Part shown: positions 11,544-21,494 of the stretch, piece by piece
Layout: the number at the start of each line of letters is the position of its first letter
Numbering within the stretch: position 1 is the stretch's first letter
From: an uncultured Nitrososphaerales archaeon
GTDB lineage: Archaea; Thermoproteota; Nitrososphaeria; Nitrososphaerales; Nitrososphaeraceae
DNA: 64,000 bases
Assembly (NCBI GenBank): GCA_963713605.1
Contig: CAVQMO010000001.1
Location: 832,001 to 896,000, forward strand
Direction of reading: 5' to 3'
Notes under the pieces: generated by a model
What the model saw: only the letters and a program-made list of their open reading frames with translations
Told to the model about the DNA's origin: nothing
The model's database searches: none
Program-made: the position numbers and the translations under genes

Positions 11544-12020
11544 TCATTTCGAAGTGGAGGCTGGGGCTACCTTACCACTCTTCTTCACGCCGACTGCGCT
11601 TCCCCTTCGCCCTGTTGTTCTAGTGTGTTGTCCCCTCACTCTTAATCCAAACATGTGCCTGTAACCACGCCAGCTCATCACGCTTTTTTCCCTATTTATG
11701 TCATTTGTGATGGCAAATTCTAGGTCAGATGTAATAAGATGAGTATCAGAACCAGTATCCATATCTGCCCGTCGATTCAGATACCACGAAGGCATCTTAA
11801 TTTTTGATGGATTTCTAACCGCATCCTCAATCTCTTGTATCTCATTTTCTGTGAGATATCCTACTCTTATCGACGGACTGATGTTAAGCGATTGTAACAG
11901 CACTTGAGAATAGTTATAACCCAATCCTCTGATGCTACTAAGCGCAACAATAGACTTTTTGCTACCATCTATGTCTTTCCCCGCAATTCTGAGTATGTAT
12001 TTGTATTCGCTACTCGACAA
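11544..12020 (-). CDS. rps13: 30S ribosomal protein S13 (uS13)
   Basis: YILRIAGKDIDG, PSWYLNRR and WRGYRHMFGLRVRGQHTRTTGR. Confidence 0.97.
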   Translation of the reverse strand: MSSSEYKYILRIAGKDIDGSKKSIVALSSIRGLGYNYSQVLLQSLNISPSIRVGYLTENEIQEIEDAVRNPSKIKMPSWYLNRRADMDTGSDTHLITSDLEFAITNDINREKSVMSWRGYRHMFGLRVRGQHTRTTGRRGSAVGVKKSGKVAPASTSK

Positions 12021-12119
12021 GCACTGAATGCGTATTCGTTCCTAAATAAAAACCATGCTAAGATCCTGTAAATGTGCGTTGGGATTAGCTGCCATGCGTC
12101 GAGATGAGATAAAGTTGTC

Positions 12120-13850
12120 ATGACTAGGCTGGTACGTTTCTTATATACCAGCCAATTGTATCAGAATTCGCGAATCGAATTGGATTCAAAGGAGAAAGTA
12201 AAGAAGGTTGTCCATCAATCCTACACTACAGCGCCTAGTTACACTGAAATTATGGCGGGACTGCCAGAGAATTTTAAGCAACTGACTAGATTGCGTGATT
12301 TATTGGAAATCAATTACAAGTACACTTCAATTCAGGACCAGATGAGGAAAAATTTGGTTGCAAGACTAAAGAATGGCATTGCTCCATTCCCTGGCATAAT
12401 TGGTTACGATCTAGACGTTGCTCCGTCATTGATTCGCGCCATCTTAGCAGGACACGACGTTCTGTTAATTGGGGAAATTGGCCAAGCTAAGACTCGGATT
12501 GCAGAAAGTGTTGCAAAACACTTGCTTTCTCCCATCCCGGTCGTTGAAGGATCGCTTATGCACGATATTCCTACAAGTATCTCGGAAGATCACCTCGTGG
12601 CAATGCTCTCCGACGAAGAGATCCTAAAAACTAGTCTTGATTTTTCTGTCTCACCTGAGTGCGAGAAGACCGTAAGAAATAACAAGTTTGAGACTCGCAT
12701 AAAATGGGTGGAAGGCATCCATCGCTACCGATACCTTCTCGCTACCCCTGACGTCTCAGTTAAGGATTTGGTAGGACAGATCGATGCAATGAGGATCGCA
12801 AAGAAAGGCATTGAAATCTACGACATAGAATCGTACACTCCAGGGTATCTTCTTCAAGCGAACCATGGGATGATGTGTATAGATGAGCTTCCAGTACTCG
12901 ATCCCAGAAAGCAGGTAGCACTGCTCAGCGTACTGCAAGAAGGAAAGTTTACAACAGGATCATATCCAATCACGTTTAGACCAGACGTCAGCATTTTTGC
13001 AACAGCTAACCCGACCGATTATACCCATTCTGGAAGGATTATTGAACCCCTTTCTGATCGTCTAAGAAGTCATGTAAAAACACACTACCCAGTTAGCCTG
13101 GAAGATGAGATCTTGATTATATTGCAGGAGACAAGGGGCCTAAATTCATCAATGGTTTTTGTTCCTATATTCATTCTCAGAACTCTAGCTTCAATAGTGC
13201 AGTATGCCAGATCTAGAAAAGAGATAAATCAAGAGAAAGGGGTAAGTGTTAGGATGGGCGTACACTCGATGGAGTTACTCATTAGCGAATCGGAAAGAAG
13301 CAGATCGCTTTTCCATGCTGTTATTAGTGTGCCTAGATATTGTGACTTTAGCAGTATCCTTCAAGCAGTAAAGTTTGAGCTTTCTGAAATAGACGACAAC
13401 TTTGAATCGAGGTCAAAGCTACTAGGGAACCTTATCGATGAAGCATTTAAAACAGTTTCATTAGAATATTTGGATACTGTTGATTCAAATGAACTTCAAC
13501 TTATACGTAAGGATTTTTCTAATGACAACAGATTTAACGTGTCGCAAAAAATGTTAGGCATTGATCCTTCTTCCACGAGTGACTATCAAATCCAGCTTAA
13601 GAAGTTCCCCCATCTGGAACAGTTAGTTGTTAGGACTCTAGATCGGGTATCGAATGAGCAGGAAGAGATCGTAGAAGAGCTGAGGAAACATGATGTGAAG
13701 AGTCATTTCGTTTCGATTCCTCCTAAGTTGGATGGAGAACTCATGGCCTCAGTAACTGAATTGGTATTGGAAGGGTTAACATGGACTGAACCGGTCGTAT
13801 TGGAAAAGAAGAGTCAGAGTGAATTTGGTCTACAACATTCAATTGAATGA
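12120..13850 (+). CDS. AAA+ ATPase, Mg-chelatase/MoxR-like (mycobacterial Rv0958-type); true start probably downstream of 12120
   Basis: Walker A LIGEIGQAKTR, Walker B MCIDELP, ATANPTDYTHSGRIIEPLSDRL and GVSVRMG. Confidence 0.85.
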   Translation: MTRLVRFLYTSQLYQNSRIELDSKEKVKKVVHQSYTTAPSYTEIMAGLPENFKQLTRLRDLLEINYKYTSIQDQMRKNLVARLKNGIAPFPGIIGYDLDVAPSLIRAILAGHDVLLIGEIGQAKTRIAESVAKHLLSPIPVVEGSLMHDIPTSISEDHLVAMLSDEEILKTSLDFSVSPECEKTVRNNKFETRIKWVEGIHRYRYLLATPDVSVKDLVGQIDAMRIAKKGIEIYDIESYTPGYLLQANHGMMCIDELPVLDPRKQVALLSVLQEGKFTTGSYPITFRPDVSIFATANPTDYTHSGRIIEPLSDRLRSHVKTHYPVSLEDEILIILQETRGLNSSMVFVPIFILRTLASIVQYARSRKEINQEKGVSVRMGVHSMELLISESERSRSLFHAVISVPRYCDFSSILQAVKFELSEIDDNFESRSKLLGNLIDEAFKTVSLEYLDTVDSNELQLIRKDFSNDNRFNVSQKMLGIDPSSTSDYQIQLKKFPHLEQLVVRTLDRVSNEQEEIVEELRKHDVKSHFVSIPPKLDGELMASVTELVLEGLTWTEPVVLEKKSQSEFGLQHSIE

Positions 13851-15223
13851 TTCTGAAAAGAGCTACTTTTTTCAACTCTCACACACAGGGAGTGATTCTA
13901 AAGAATCCACGTTCTCAGAGAATATTGAAGGTCTGTCTAAAAAAGACATCGATCTCTTATTGAGTATAGTTGGGAGAGAAGCGTTACGAGAAAAGAGACC
14001 TAACCTTCAACAATTAGATCAAATAATAAAAAGTCTTTTAGAACTAGATAATGATACCGACAAGGAATCCCCAAATGGGCAAGATGCTAAAGATAATAGC
14101 CAAGAAGATAAGGTTTCTCGTGACCAGAGTACTCCATTTCCAATCATTAGAATGCTTCTTCAGGAAGGTTATTTAAAAGATGATGAAAAGTGGCTCACCT
14201 CTAGAGGATTTTCTAGGATTGGTAATCTGATTCTGGATGACGTGATGAAGGCTCTGAAGTTAGGTGAGGCAGGGGCCCATAGTACAAAAAAATATAGGAA
14301 TAGGATCTGTCGTATTGGATACCACTCGTAAATTTGAAGTTGGAAGCGACATGCGGCTGGTCAATATCCCAGTATCGTTACTCAACTGCGTTCTCCGAAT
14401 GCAAAAAGAGTTTGGCGAAATAAAGATTCCACTGCAATTGAAAATGGATGACCTGGAAGAATATGAGACCTTATCTGATGTCCGAGCCAGTGTAGTCTAC
14501 TGCATCGACTTGAGCTCGACAATGAAATATTCTAGAATGTTTGGCGATTTAAGCAGGATCGAAGCGGCAAAGAAGGCCTTGTGGAGTTTAGTGATGCTTA
14601 ACAAGAAGTACTTTCCCAACGATTCCATTTACGTTGTAGGCTTTGGTTCGCTTGCATCTCACGTAAAAATTTTAGATATTCCATATCTAAAAACATTCGA
14701 TGCTGGTTCCGATTTCTTGCATTACACCAATTATCAAGCAGCTTTTAGGCTATCAAAGAAAATATTGCTCAAAGAAGGCTCTGTAAATAAACGAATTATT
14801 CTCGTGACTGATGGTCATCCAAGTGCATGCTTTATCGATGACGCAAATCAGCAAGAAAAGATATTAAAAAGCAGACCGTACTCGCATTTTTATCAGCCTG
14901 ATGATTCAAGCCTGGATAGCGTCCAGGAGGATTATCATATGCGATTTGATATTTTAGCGGGAAATCTAGTTTATCTCTGCTATCGGTATAGGCAGGTCGA
15001 TAGTTACATTGCTGAACAAACAATAATTGAGGCAGAGAAGTGCCACAAGAAAGGGATACACATTGACACTCTAATGATCAGTGAAGAAGATTCGCTATTG
15101 GGCTTTGTCAACGATATGGAAAGACGAGTAAAAGGAAGATCTTATTATGTAAGCCCTGAAGCCTTGGAGACCGCCCTGCTTAGTGATTTCATTAGGAATA
15201 AGCAGTCCATTTTGCATGCCTAA
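13819..15223 (+). CDS. vWA (MIDAS) domain protein, partner of the upstream ATPase (frameshift near 14290)
   Basis: CIDLSSTM MIDAS motif, YTNYQAAF and LVTDGHPSA; overlaps the ATPase stop codon. Confidence 0.85.
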
Positions 15224-15234
15224 CATTACAGGTT

Positions 15235-16098
15235 GTGATATACCTTTTTAAGTCTACAAAACCGAAACTAGAATATCAGTGTTTATCATTGAGTCAATCA
15301 TCGTCACCCGTATATTTGGATTGGAACGACGCGTTGCCAGTTCTTAGAAAAGCCTATGATTTAGGGCTATTTACCATGATTATAGGGCCCAAAGGAACAG
15401 GCAAGACCACCCTAGTTAGAGCGTTCGGAGCAGAGATTAGCAGAACATTGTATCCTGTTAATTTTAGCCTCAGAACTCGAGAGTCTCATCTTATCGGAAC
15501 CAAGACTCTTGAAAATGGTGGCGTGGGATTTGTAGACGGCATTCTTGTGGAATCCATGAAGCTTGGGGGACTCTTGTACCTTGACGAGCTGAACGCTGCC
15601 GAGGCAGATGTGCTTTTGCGGCTGGATGAGGCTCTGGATGATAGGAGACAAGTCGTTCTAAAGGAATCAGAGGGTCAGACAGTAACTGCATCCAAAGGAT
15701 GGACAGTTATTGCTACAATCAATCCATTGTCACACGTAGGAACCAAGGAACTGCCGCCGCAACTATTAAGTAGATTTCCTGTCCGTCTCAGGTTGGAATA
15801 TCCTCCAGAAGAGGTAGAGATAGACATAATACGAAGACATACTTCGATTGAGAACTCTGCGTTGGCATTAGTAAGGATGGGAGTTAAACTAGCCAACAAG
15901 CTTCGTGAAGCCGCTGCAGTTGAAGAGCTCTACTATAGTCCTAGTATGAGAGAGACTATTGCCTTCTCCAAGCTTATAGAATCAGGAACTGAAGCAAAGT
16001 ATTCGGCACAATTGGTATTTGCAAACGTCTATGGTCAATGGGGGGATGTCGAGTATCGAAAAGTAATGGACATGATTACTTCTATTTTTGGAAACTAG
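15235..16098 (+). CDS. CbbQ/NirQ/NorQ/GvpN-type MoxR AAA+ ATPase
   Basis: GPKGTGKTT, LYLDELN, ATINP..GTKELPPQLLSRF, LEYPPEEVE and SPSMRETI. Confidence 0.9.
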   Translation: MIYLFKSTKPKLEYQCLSLSQSSSPVYLDWNDALPVLRKAYDLGLFTMIIGPKGTGKTTLVRAFGAEISRTLYPVNFSLRTRESHLIGTKTLENGGVGFVDGILVESMKLGGLLYLDELNAAEADVLLRLDEALDDRRQVVLKESEGQTVTASKGWTVIATINPLSHVGTKELPPQLLSRFPVRLRLEYPPEEVEIDIIRRHTSIENSALALVRMGVKLANKLREAAAVEELYYSPSMRETIAFSKLIESGTEAKYSAQLVFANVYGQWGDVEYRKVMDMITSIFGN

Positions 16099-16145
16099 AT
16101 AGGTTTTTGAGTAGTGTCTCAGAATACAAGTATTAGATACTAAAC

Positions 16146-17738
16146 GTGAGCTACATATCTTCGTTGGAGGGCTTGACCGTCAGGGACGATGTTCTCATAG
16201 AAATAGCTACTTTCCTGTCACGCAGATGGTCTGACAAGCCTAAAGCACTTGTAACATTCACAGAAGATGCAAATCCTAAGACAAGCCCTGATAAGAGCCA
16301 AATCGCTCTTCCTCACCTTCGTGGCTATGCTGGGAATCGTTTTCAAAAATATCGCCAGTGGCGTGTATCTTTGTGGTACGAGTCGATGAGACTAAAGTAT
16401 TCAACTAAGGTCCTTAGTTACGACCATGCCTTTGGGTTCGTGTTTAATGCGCTCGAAAAAAAACGAATCGAATCGATAAGCCTTAATGAATGGCAGGGGA
16501 TGACGGATGAAATAATGTTTGTCGAAGGACTTTCCTGGTTAAATCGACCCCTCCTGAATTCGTTGTATGGTGTCCAAAAGTTACTAGAGGGTTTCGGGCA
16601 ACTATTCTTGACTGGTTATATCAAAGGCGAGCTATTCTCCTCTGAATATTACAGAGTGGCTAAAGCAGTCGAATTGGCTACGTCCGTGGTGCAGGAGGCT
16701 CTTGCCTCTGATTATCAGACAAAATGGATAGAAGCTCAAGTTCCGCGTATAATCAAGATCTTGGAGGTCGATCCCTTGGTCTTGGTGCCGTTTTCAACCA
16801 TCCGTTCGAGGTTTGGAGTTTCCATGAGTGAATCGGAATTATCCCGACAGATTGAAAAAATAGTCAAGAAAAAACGAACAACGGAGAAGAGCATTGAGAA
16901 GAGGGTCAACAACATCGTCCATGGCACAGATATTCTTCCGGAGTACAGACCTTAGTTCGAGAGAGCAAAAGGCTTGAGAATGAAGGGTACGAGAATTTAG
17001 AAAATATGGGAATCAGCATCCCGCATCGGCTTGATGTCAACGAAAGTACAGTTTACGACACTGACCTTATCCACAAGACTAAGGCAAAATTTAGGGAGTG
17101 GCGCACAGGCTGGATCGAAAGACATGATCGATTTGGAGACGAATTTGATTCAGAAGCATATGTCGAATCTATACCCACGCCATTCATTGTGGATCTGAAG
17201 CTTGCAATTAAGACGAAGGTAATGATACTTTTGGATCATTCTAGCAGCATTCAGGAAGTAGAGACTAAAATACAAACAAGTCACTAATGCACTCTGTGAA
17301 GCCCTTTCATTTTTGGGGATAAGATTCGCCGTATATGCATTTAGCACCGATGGCAAAGAGGTAAAATGTTGGTTGATAAAGCCGCCGAATTATCGGTGGT
17401 CTTCAGTTTGTACGAAGAGGTTGGCGCAGATCAGGGCAAGTGGGGGTACACCCCTAGCGGAGATTTACGGTTTGCTCGAGCCAATAGTAAGGTCTTTCAA
17501 ACCCGAAATCTTTTTTACCTTAACTGATGGCGAACCTTCTGATACAGACGCTGTTCGGCATATGGTGTTGTCATTTCGGAAAATTGGCAGTCACATGGTC
17601 GCTCTTGGATTGGGGAGAAATCTAGATGAAGCTATTGCAATCGGTCAAAATCTAAGGTATCTAGATTACGAGAGAAGCCTGGCCGTGAGTAGATTAGAAG
17701 ACCTTCCGAATAAAGTCATAGGATTATTGAAAAATTGA
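16146..17738 (+). CDS. NorD/CbbO-like vWA domain protein (two frameshifts, near 16950 and 17275)
   Basis: Three consecutive ORFs; N-terminal FNALEKKRIE segment, LLDHSSSI MIDAS motif, GGTPLAE and LTDGEPSD. Confidence 0.82.
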
Positions 17739-18145
17739 TTCCTCAGTTGGGCCGTTCTGTTTTGAAGTATTTTTTGTCTTGAAGCAGCAACTGAAGCAGA
17801 AGCAACTGAAGAAGACTAATTGAAATTATACGCAACGACCAGGAACAAGTACGTAAGTTATTATCATCGGACACCTTCAAGAAGAATTTGCTAGAGAAAG
17901 GTTAGAGTTAGCCTTACTGTAATTGTTTAACTTGGTTTTCTAAGTCCGTTGTCCTTAACATCAATTCCTGAATTATTTCTGGGAGGGCTTTTGATATGTG
18001 ATACTTTTCTACGCGATTCGCTAACTCAACTTCTTCACCTTCACATAAAAGACATTTCCCAGCCATATTTTCCCATTCCATTCAATTATACGTCGGAAAG
18101 GGTAGATCAAGAATTTATTCCAGCGGGTGATATACTAAATAGTAT

Positions 18146-18268
18146 ATGTCACAAGGGGTTTGCGGTGTATGTCAGAAAGTATGCGATAAGCAATGTGAAG
18201 TCTGCATGCAGTGTTTCTGTGATGTCCATATCATGGAGCATGCGTCCACGCATAGACAAGAGCAATAA
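18146..18268 (+). CDS. Putative 40-aa Cys/His zinc-finger microprotein
   Basis: Own translation: MSQGVCGVCQKVCDKQCEVCMQCFCDVHIMEHASTHRQEQ. AT-rich TATA-like element about 30 nt upstream. Confidence 0.6.
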   Translation: MSQGVCGVCQKVCDKQCEVCMQCFCDVHIMEHASTHRQEQ

Positions 18269-18610
18269 CCATATCGCGATTCATAATTCGTCGTCCAACA
18301 CTAGTTTAACCTGTTTACCTTTCAAATGTTTGATCTTGTCATTATACTGTTTGGCACAATAACATGAAACTTATCTTCTGCCGTCCAAGCTTTGCAACGA
18401 AGACTATCTTCAACTTTAGTTTAGTAGTATGGATTGCCAGGAATTTGCTCTGTTACAGAATATTCCCCTGGACCTATCGTAACATTCACAAGTCATGTCT
18501 AATAACCTAACGGACACGAATCTATATGTCGGAGCATGCCGCAATAGGTTTGGCGAAGGAAGGAATGACAGTCGTGATTATTCCCTACTGACTTCGTTTA
18601 ACTGGTTAGT

Positions 18611-18976
18611 CTAATCGATTTGAGACCACTTCCTCATCCATTGTAAAAGGCCTATTACAGATTCCACAAGTTCTTGTCCATTAATGGTCAGGCGATATTC
18701 AACCCGTGGCGGTATCTCATTATATGCTTTCCTTTCGAGGATCCCATTTCGTTCTAGTTGTTGGAGTCTATTGCTAGCGTTTTGCTACTAAATCCCTTCA
18801 TAGATCTTCTGAACTTTATCTATCGAACTGGGTCTGTTGTGCAACAAAGCGGTATTAGAATTTCAAGCGTTCCCCTTTTGGTAATCAATTCCATGAGTTT
18901 TTTGGTTTCAGTCATTAGTGTATCAGCATCATAACCCTCAAAACTGCAAGATTCTTCAAAAATGGGATGGGTCCAT
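18611..18976 (-). CDS. HxlR-family winged-helix transcriptional regulator (disrupted by indels and a stop in this sequence)
   Basis: Pieces read ESCSFEGYDADTLMTETKKLMELITKRGTLEILIPLCCTTDPVR, KGFSSKTLA and LERNGILERKAYNEIPPRVEYRLTINGQELVESVIGLLQWMRKWSQID. PPRVEYxLT is the HxlR hallmark. Confidence 0.8.
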
Positions 18977-18988
18977 AATTACACTTAC

Positions 18989-19032
18989 TTTACCTGACTT
19001 CTCTTGATGACTTAAATAGTTTCCCAGGTAAA
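18989..19032. promoter_or_regulatory. Inverted repeat TTTACCTG...CAGGTAAA flanking a TATA-like TTAAATA in the divergent promoter
   Basis: TTTACCTG at 18989-18996 and CAGGTAAA at 19025-19032, inside the 65-bp gap between the HxlR gene and the micropeptide ORF. Confidence 0.45.
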
Positions 19033-19041
19033 CATTTAACG

Positions 19042-19167
19042 ATGACTAGTTTACAAAAAGCAAAACAAAAGAAAAAGACAGGTCAGATAGACGACCCATG
19101 TTGTGACAACTCCTGTTTTGGTGGTCTTTCAGCCAGGTTCCAAAGTGAAGGAGGAAGGTGCTGCTAA
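19042..19167 (+). CDS. Putative 41-aa Cys-rich micropeptide (CC..C..CC)
   Basis: Own translation: MTSLQKAKQKKKTGQIDDPCCDNSCFGGLSARFQSEGGRCC. TATA-like element about 25-30 nt upstream. Confidence 0.55.
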   Translation: MTSLQKAKQKKKTGQIDDPCCDNSCFGGLSARFQSEGGRCC

Positions 19168-19666
19168 GGAGGAACCTCTAGACTCGCCTATTTGAAACTG
19201 TAATATTCCTTCAATTTTTTGTATAAATCATCTCCACATACCTACGACTCTTTTTAATACTGTCTATTTATTGCGTTTACCGTGGTAGAATGAGGAGACG
19301 GAACATTAGATAAGGGAGCAACATCACATGATGACCTGTTTGATGCCTTCCCCATGAGTCTACAATTCCCTATGATATGATTTGACTAACTAAATCAGGT
19401 AAATAAAATGTTGTCTAAGAAAGGCCCATGGATGACAACAGGTCTTTGGCAACGAAAGCACAGCAGGTAAGGACAGAAGAACAGGCCCGTCAAGTCATAG
19501 CCAAGTTTCATAGCCTAAGCAAAAACTGAAGCCTCCAAACGATACCCATTAACTACTTTAAATAGATCGAAGCAATCAACCGAGCTCAGACTGATCTCAA
19601 ATCCAAAGTATGCCGCAGTCACTATAGAAAGTATATCTACGTTCACTGGACCATACTGTAATTAGT

Positions 19667-19704
19667 TCAGTTAATTTTAGCTCAAGTCGAGCTAAAATTA
19701 CTGA
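19667..19704. repeat. Strong inverted repeat / hairpin
   Basis: TAATTTTAGCTC (19672-19683), AAGTC loop, GAGCTAAAATTA (19689-19700); extends to TCAG/CTGA with one bulge. Confidence 0.7.
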
Positions 19705-19849
19705 TATCGTCGTGTCCTTGGACGGGTCCTATATGCGATTTAAAGCTTAAAGCTTTGGGCTTCGGTGCTCGTATCATTTTATTTGCATGATGGAATGGGT
19801 CATACCAGTGAGGTTGATATCTTATTATGAAAGATATGTTGCAAGCAAA

Positions 19850-20515
19850 TTATTTTATTAACCTTGGAGACTCATTCCTAGTCTTTTCCCAGTCAGAAAG
19901 AAACGCTTCCAATCCTTTTTCTGTAAGCGGATGTTTCATCATCTTGCCAAGAATATCAGGCGGAAGGGTAACGACATCTGCTCCAATTTCTGCAGCCTGG
20001 ACAACATGATCGGGGTGACGTATGCTCGCCACTAAAACCTGGGTTTTGATCTGATAGTTTCTGAAAATGCTTACTATACTTTTCACAATTACCATTCCAT
20101 TATGTCCGATATCGTCGAGTCTCCCAATGAACGGACTTACATACGTAGCCCCTGCTTTAGCTGCCAGTAGTGCTTGATTGGCAGAAAACACTAACGTGAC
20201 ATTCGTGGATATGCCCTCGCTGGATAAGGTCCTTACGGCCTTCAAACCTTCAGGGATCATTGGGACCTTTACTACAACATTCTGCCCATATTTTTTCAGG
20301 TGATGAGCTTCTTCAAGCATTTGTCCTGATTCTGTCCCTATCACCTCTAGACTTACAGGACCGCTCACCATGCCTACAATTGTTTTCATTATATCTCCCG
20401 GTAAACCCTGTTCCTTTGACAACAGTGTTGGGTTGGTTGTAATTCCATCCAACACACCCATGTCATTGTACTTTCTAATGGATTCAATATTCGCAGTATC
20501 TAGAAAAATCTTCAC
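19850..20515 (-). CDS. tal: Transaldolase (TalC/Fsa type)
   Basis: MKIFLDTA, GITTNPTLL, VVKVP, NVTLVFS and YVSPFIGRLDD. Confidence 0.95.
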   Translation of the reverse strand: MKIFLDTANIESIRKYNDMGVLDGITTNPTLLSKEQGLPGDIMKTIVGMVSGPVSLEVIGTESGQMLEEAHHLKKYGQNVVVKVPMIPEGLKAVRTLSSEGISTNVTLVFSANQALLAAKAGATYVSPFIGRLDDIGHNGMVIVKSIVSIFRNYQIKTQVLVASIRHPDHVVQAAEIGADVVTLPPDILGKMMKHPLTEKGLEAFLSDWEKTRNESPRLIK

Positions 20516-20522
20516 TCTCTCT

Positions 20523-21494
20523 TCACTTCCTCTTCTTTACTGCCTCAGCGACCTTTTTTGCTACATTTGGAGGACTTAATCCATAAACATCTAGGAGCAA
20601 TTCTAATTCTTCGTCTCTAGCTGATTCACCGAACACATCCGAGACGCCAATCCTTTCAATTGGTACTGGATATCGAGAAGTAACAGATTCAGCGACTGCT
20701 CCCCCAAGACCTCCCAAGATATTATGTTCCTCAACGGAGACTAATAATCCAGTCTCCTTGGCTGCCTTCTCAAGCAATTCATCATCAATAGGTTTTACAG
20801 TAAACATGTCAATTACACGACAATTTATAGAGTGCTCCTCTTTTAAAATTTCTGCTGCTTTTAATGAAGCTGAAACCATTAGACCACACCCAACTAAGGT
20901 TGCGTCATCACCATCGCGAAGAACATTTCCCTTGCCTATTCCAAATTCAGCTGTGCTGTCATCATACAAGACCTCACTGGGAGGACGTGCGAGTCTCACA
21001 TAGACAGGTCCTCTCGTACGCACAGAAGCACTAATAATCCTCTTAACTGAAATCGCATCGGAAGGCACAATCACCTTCATATTAGGAATTGCTCGCATCG
21101 TGGCAAGGTCCTCTATTTGTTGGTGAGATGCACCATCTGGACCAACTGTCAATCCAGCATGAGAAACGACAAGTTTTACATCTAGGTTAGGAAAACATAT
21201 TGCATTACGAATTTGGTCGAGGCATCTACCCGGTAGAAATGCGGCGTATGTGCTTGCAAAGGCGATCTTCCCTGCCATGGCAAGACCAGCAGCAACAGAG
21301 ACTAGATTTGCTTCTGCAATTCCCACGTTGAAAAATCTTTCAGGAAACTTATTTCCAAAGTTCTTGGTCTTAAGTGAATCAGTGGTATCTGCACCCACAC
21401 AAACTATCTCTGGATACCTCAACCCAGCTTCTACGAGACTGTCGCCGTACGCACTCCGCATGTCAAGACTCGTCTTTCCTTTACTTAAGAGCAT
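20523..21494 (-). CDS. tkt: Transketolase C-terminal subunit
   Basis: RFFNVGIAEANL, GPDGASHQ, GPVYVRL and EEHNILGGLG. Confidence 0.95.
   Translation of the reverse strand: MLLSKGKTSLDMRSAYGDSLVEAGLRYPEIVCVGADTTDSLKTKNFGNKFPERFFNVGIAEANLVSVAAGLAMAGKIAFASTYAAFLPGRCLDQIRNAICFPNLDVKLVVSHAGLTVGPDGASHQQIEDLATMRAIPNMKVIVPSDAISVKRIISASVRTRGPVYVRLARPPSEVLYDDSTAEFGIGKGNVLRDGDDATLVGCGLMVSASLKAAEILKEEHSINCRVIDMFTVKPIDDELLEKAAKETGLLVSVEEHNILGGLGGAVAESVTSRYPVPIERIGVSDVFGESARDEELELLLDVYGLSPPNVAKKVAEAVKKRK

Noticed and set aside
12120..13850. Magnesium/cobalt chelatase for tetrapyrrole synthesis
   Set aside because: No large ChlH/CobN subunit nearby, and the GQAKT Walker A plus vWA partner fit the MoxR-like chaperone group better; a chelatase role is not excluded but is unsupported.
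17781..17815. Short tandem-like repeat GAAGCAGCAACTGAAGCAGAAGCAACTGAAGAAG
   Set aside because: Two degenerate units only; consistent with a local slippage duplication with no evident function.
17949..18362. 137-aa ORF in the track
   Set aside because: No recognisable features; a more convincing 40-aa Cys/His ORF lies inside it in another frame.
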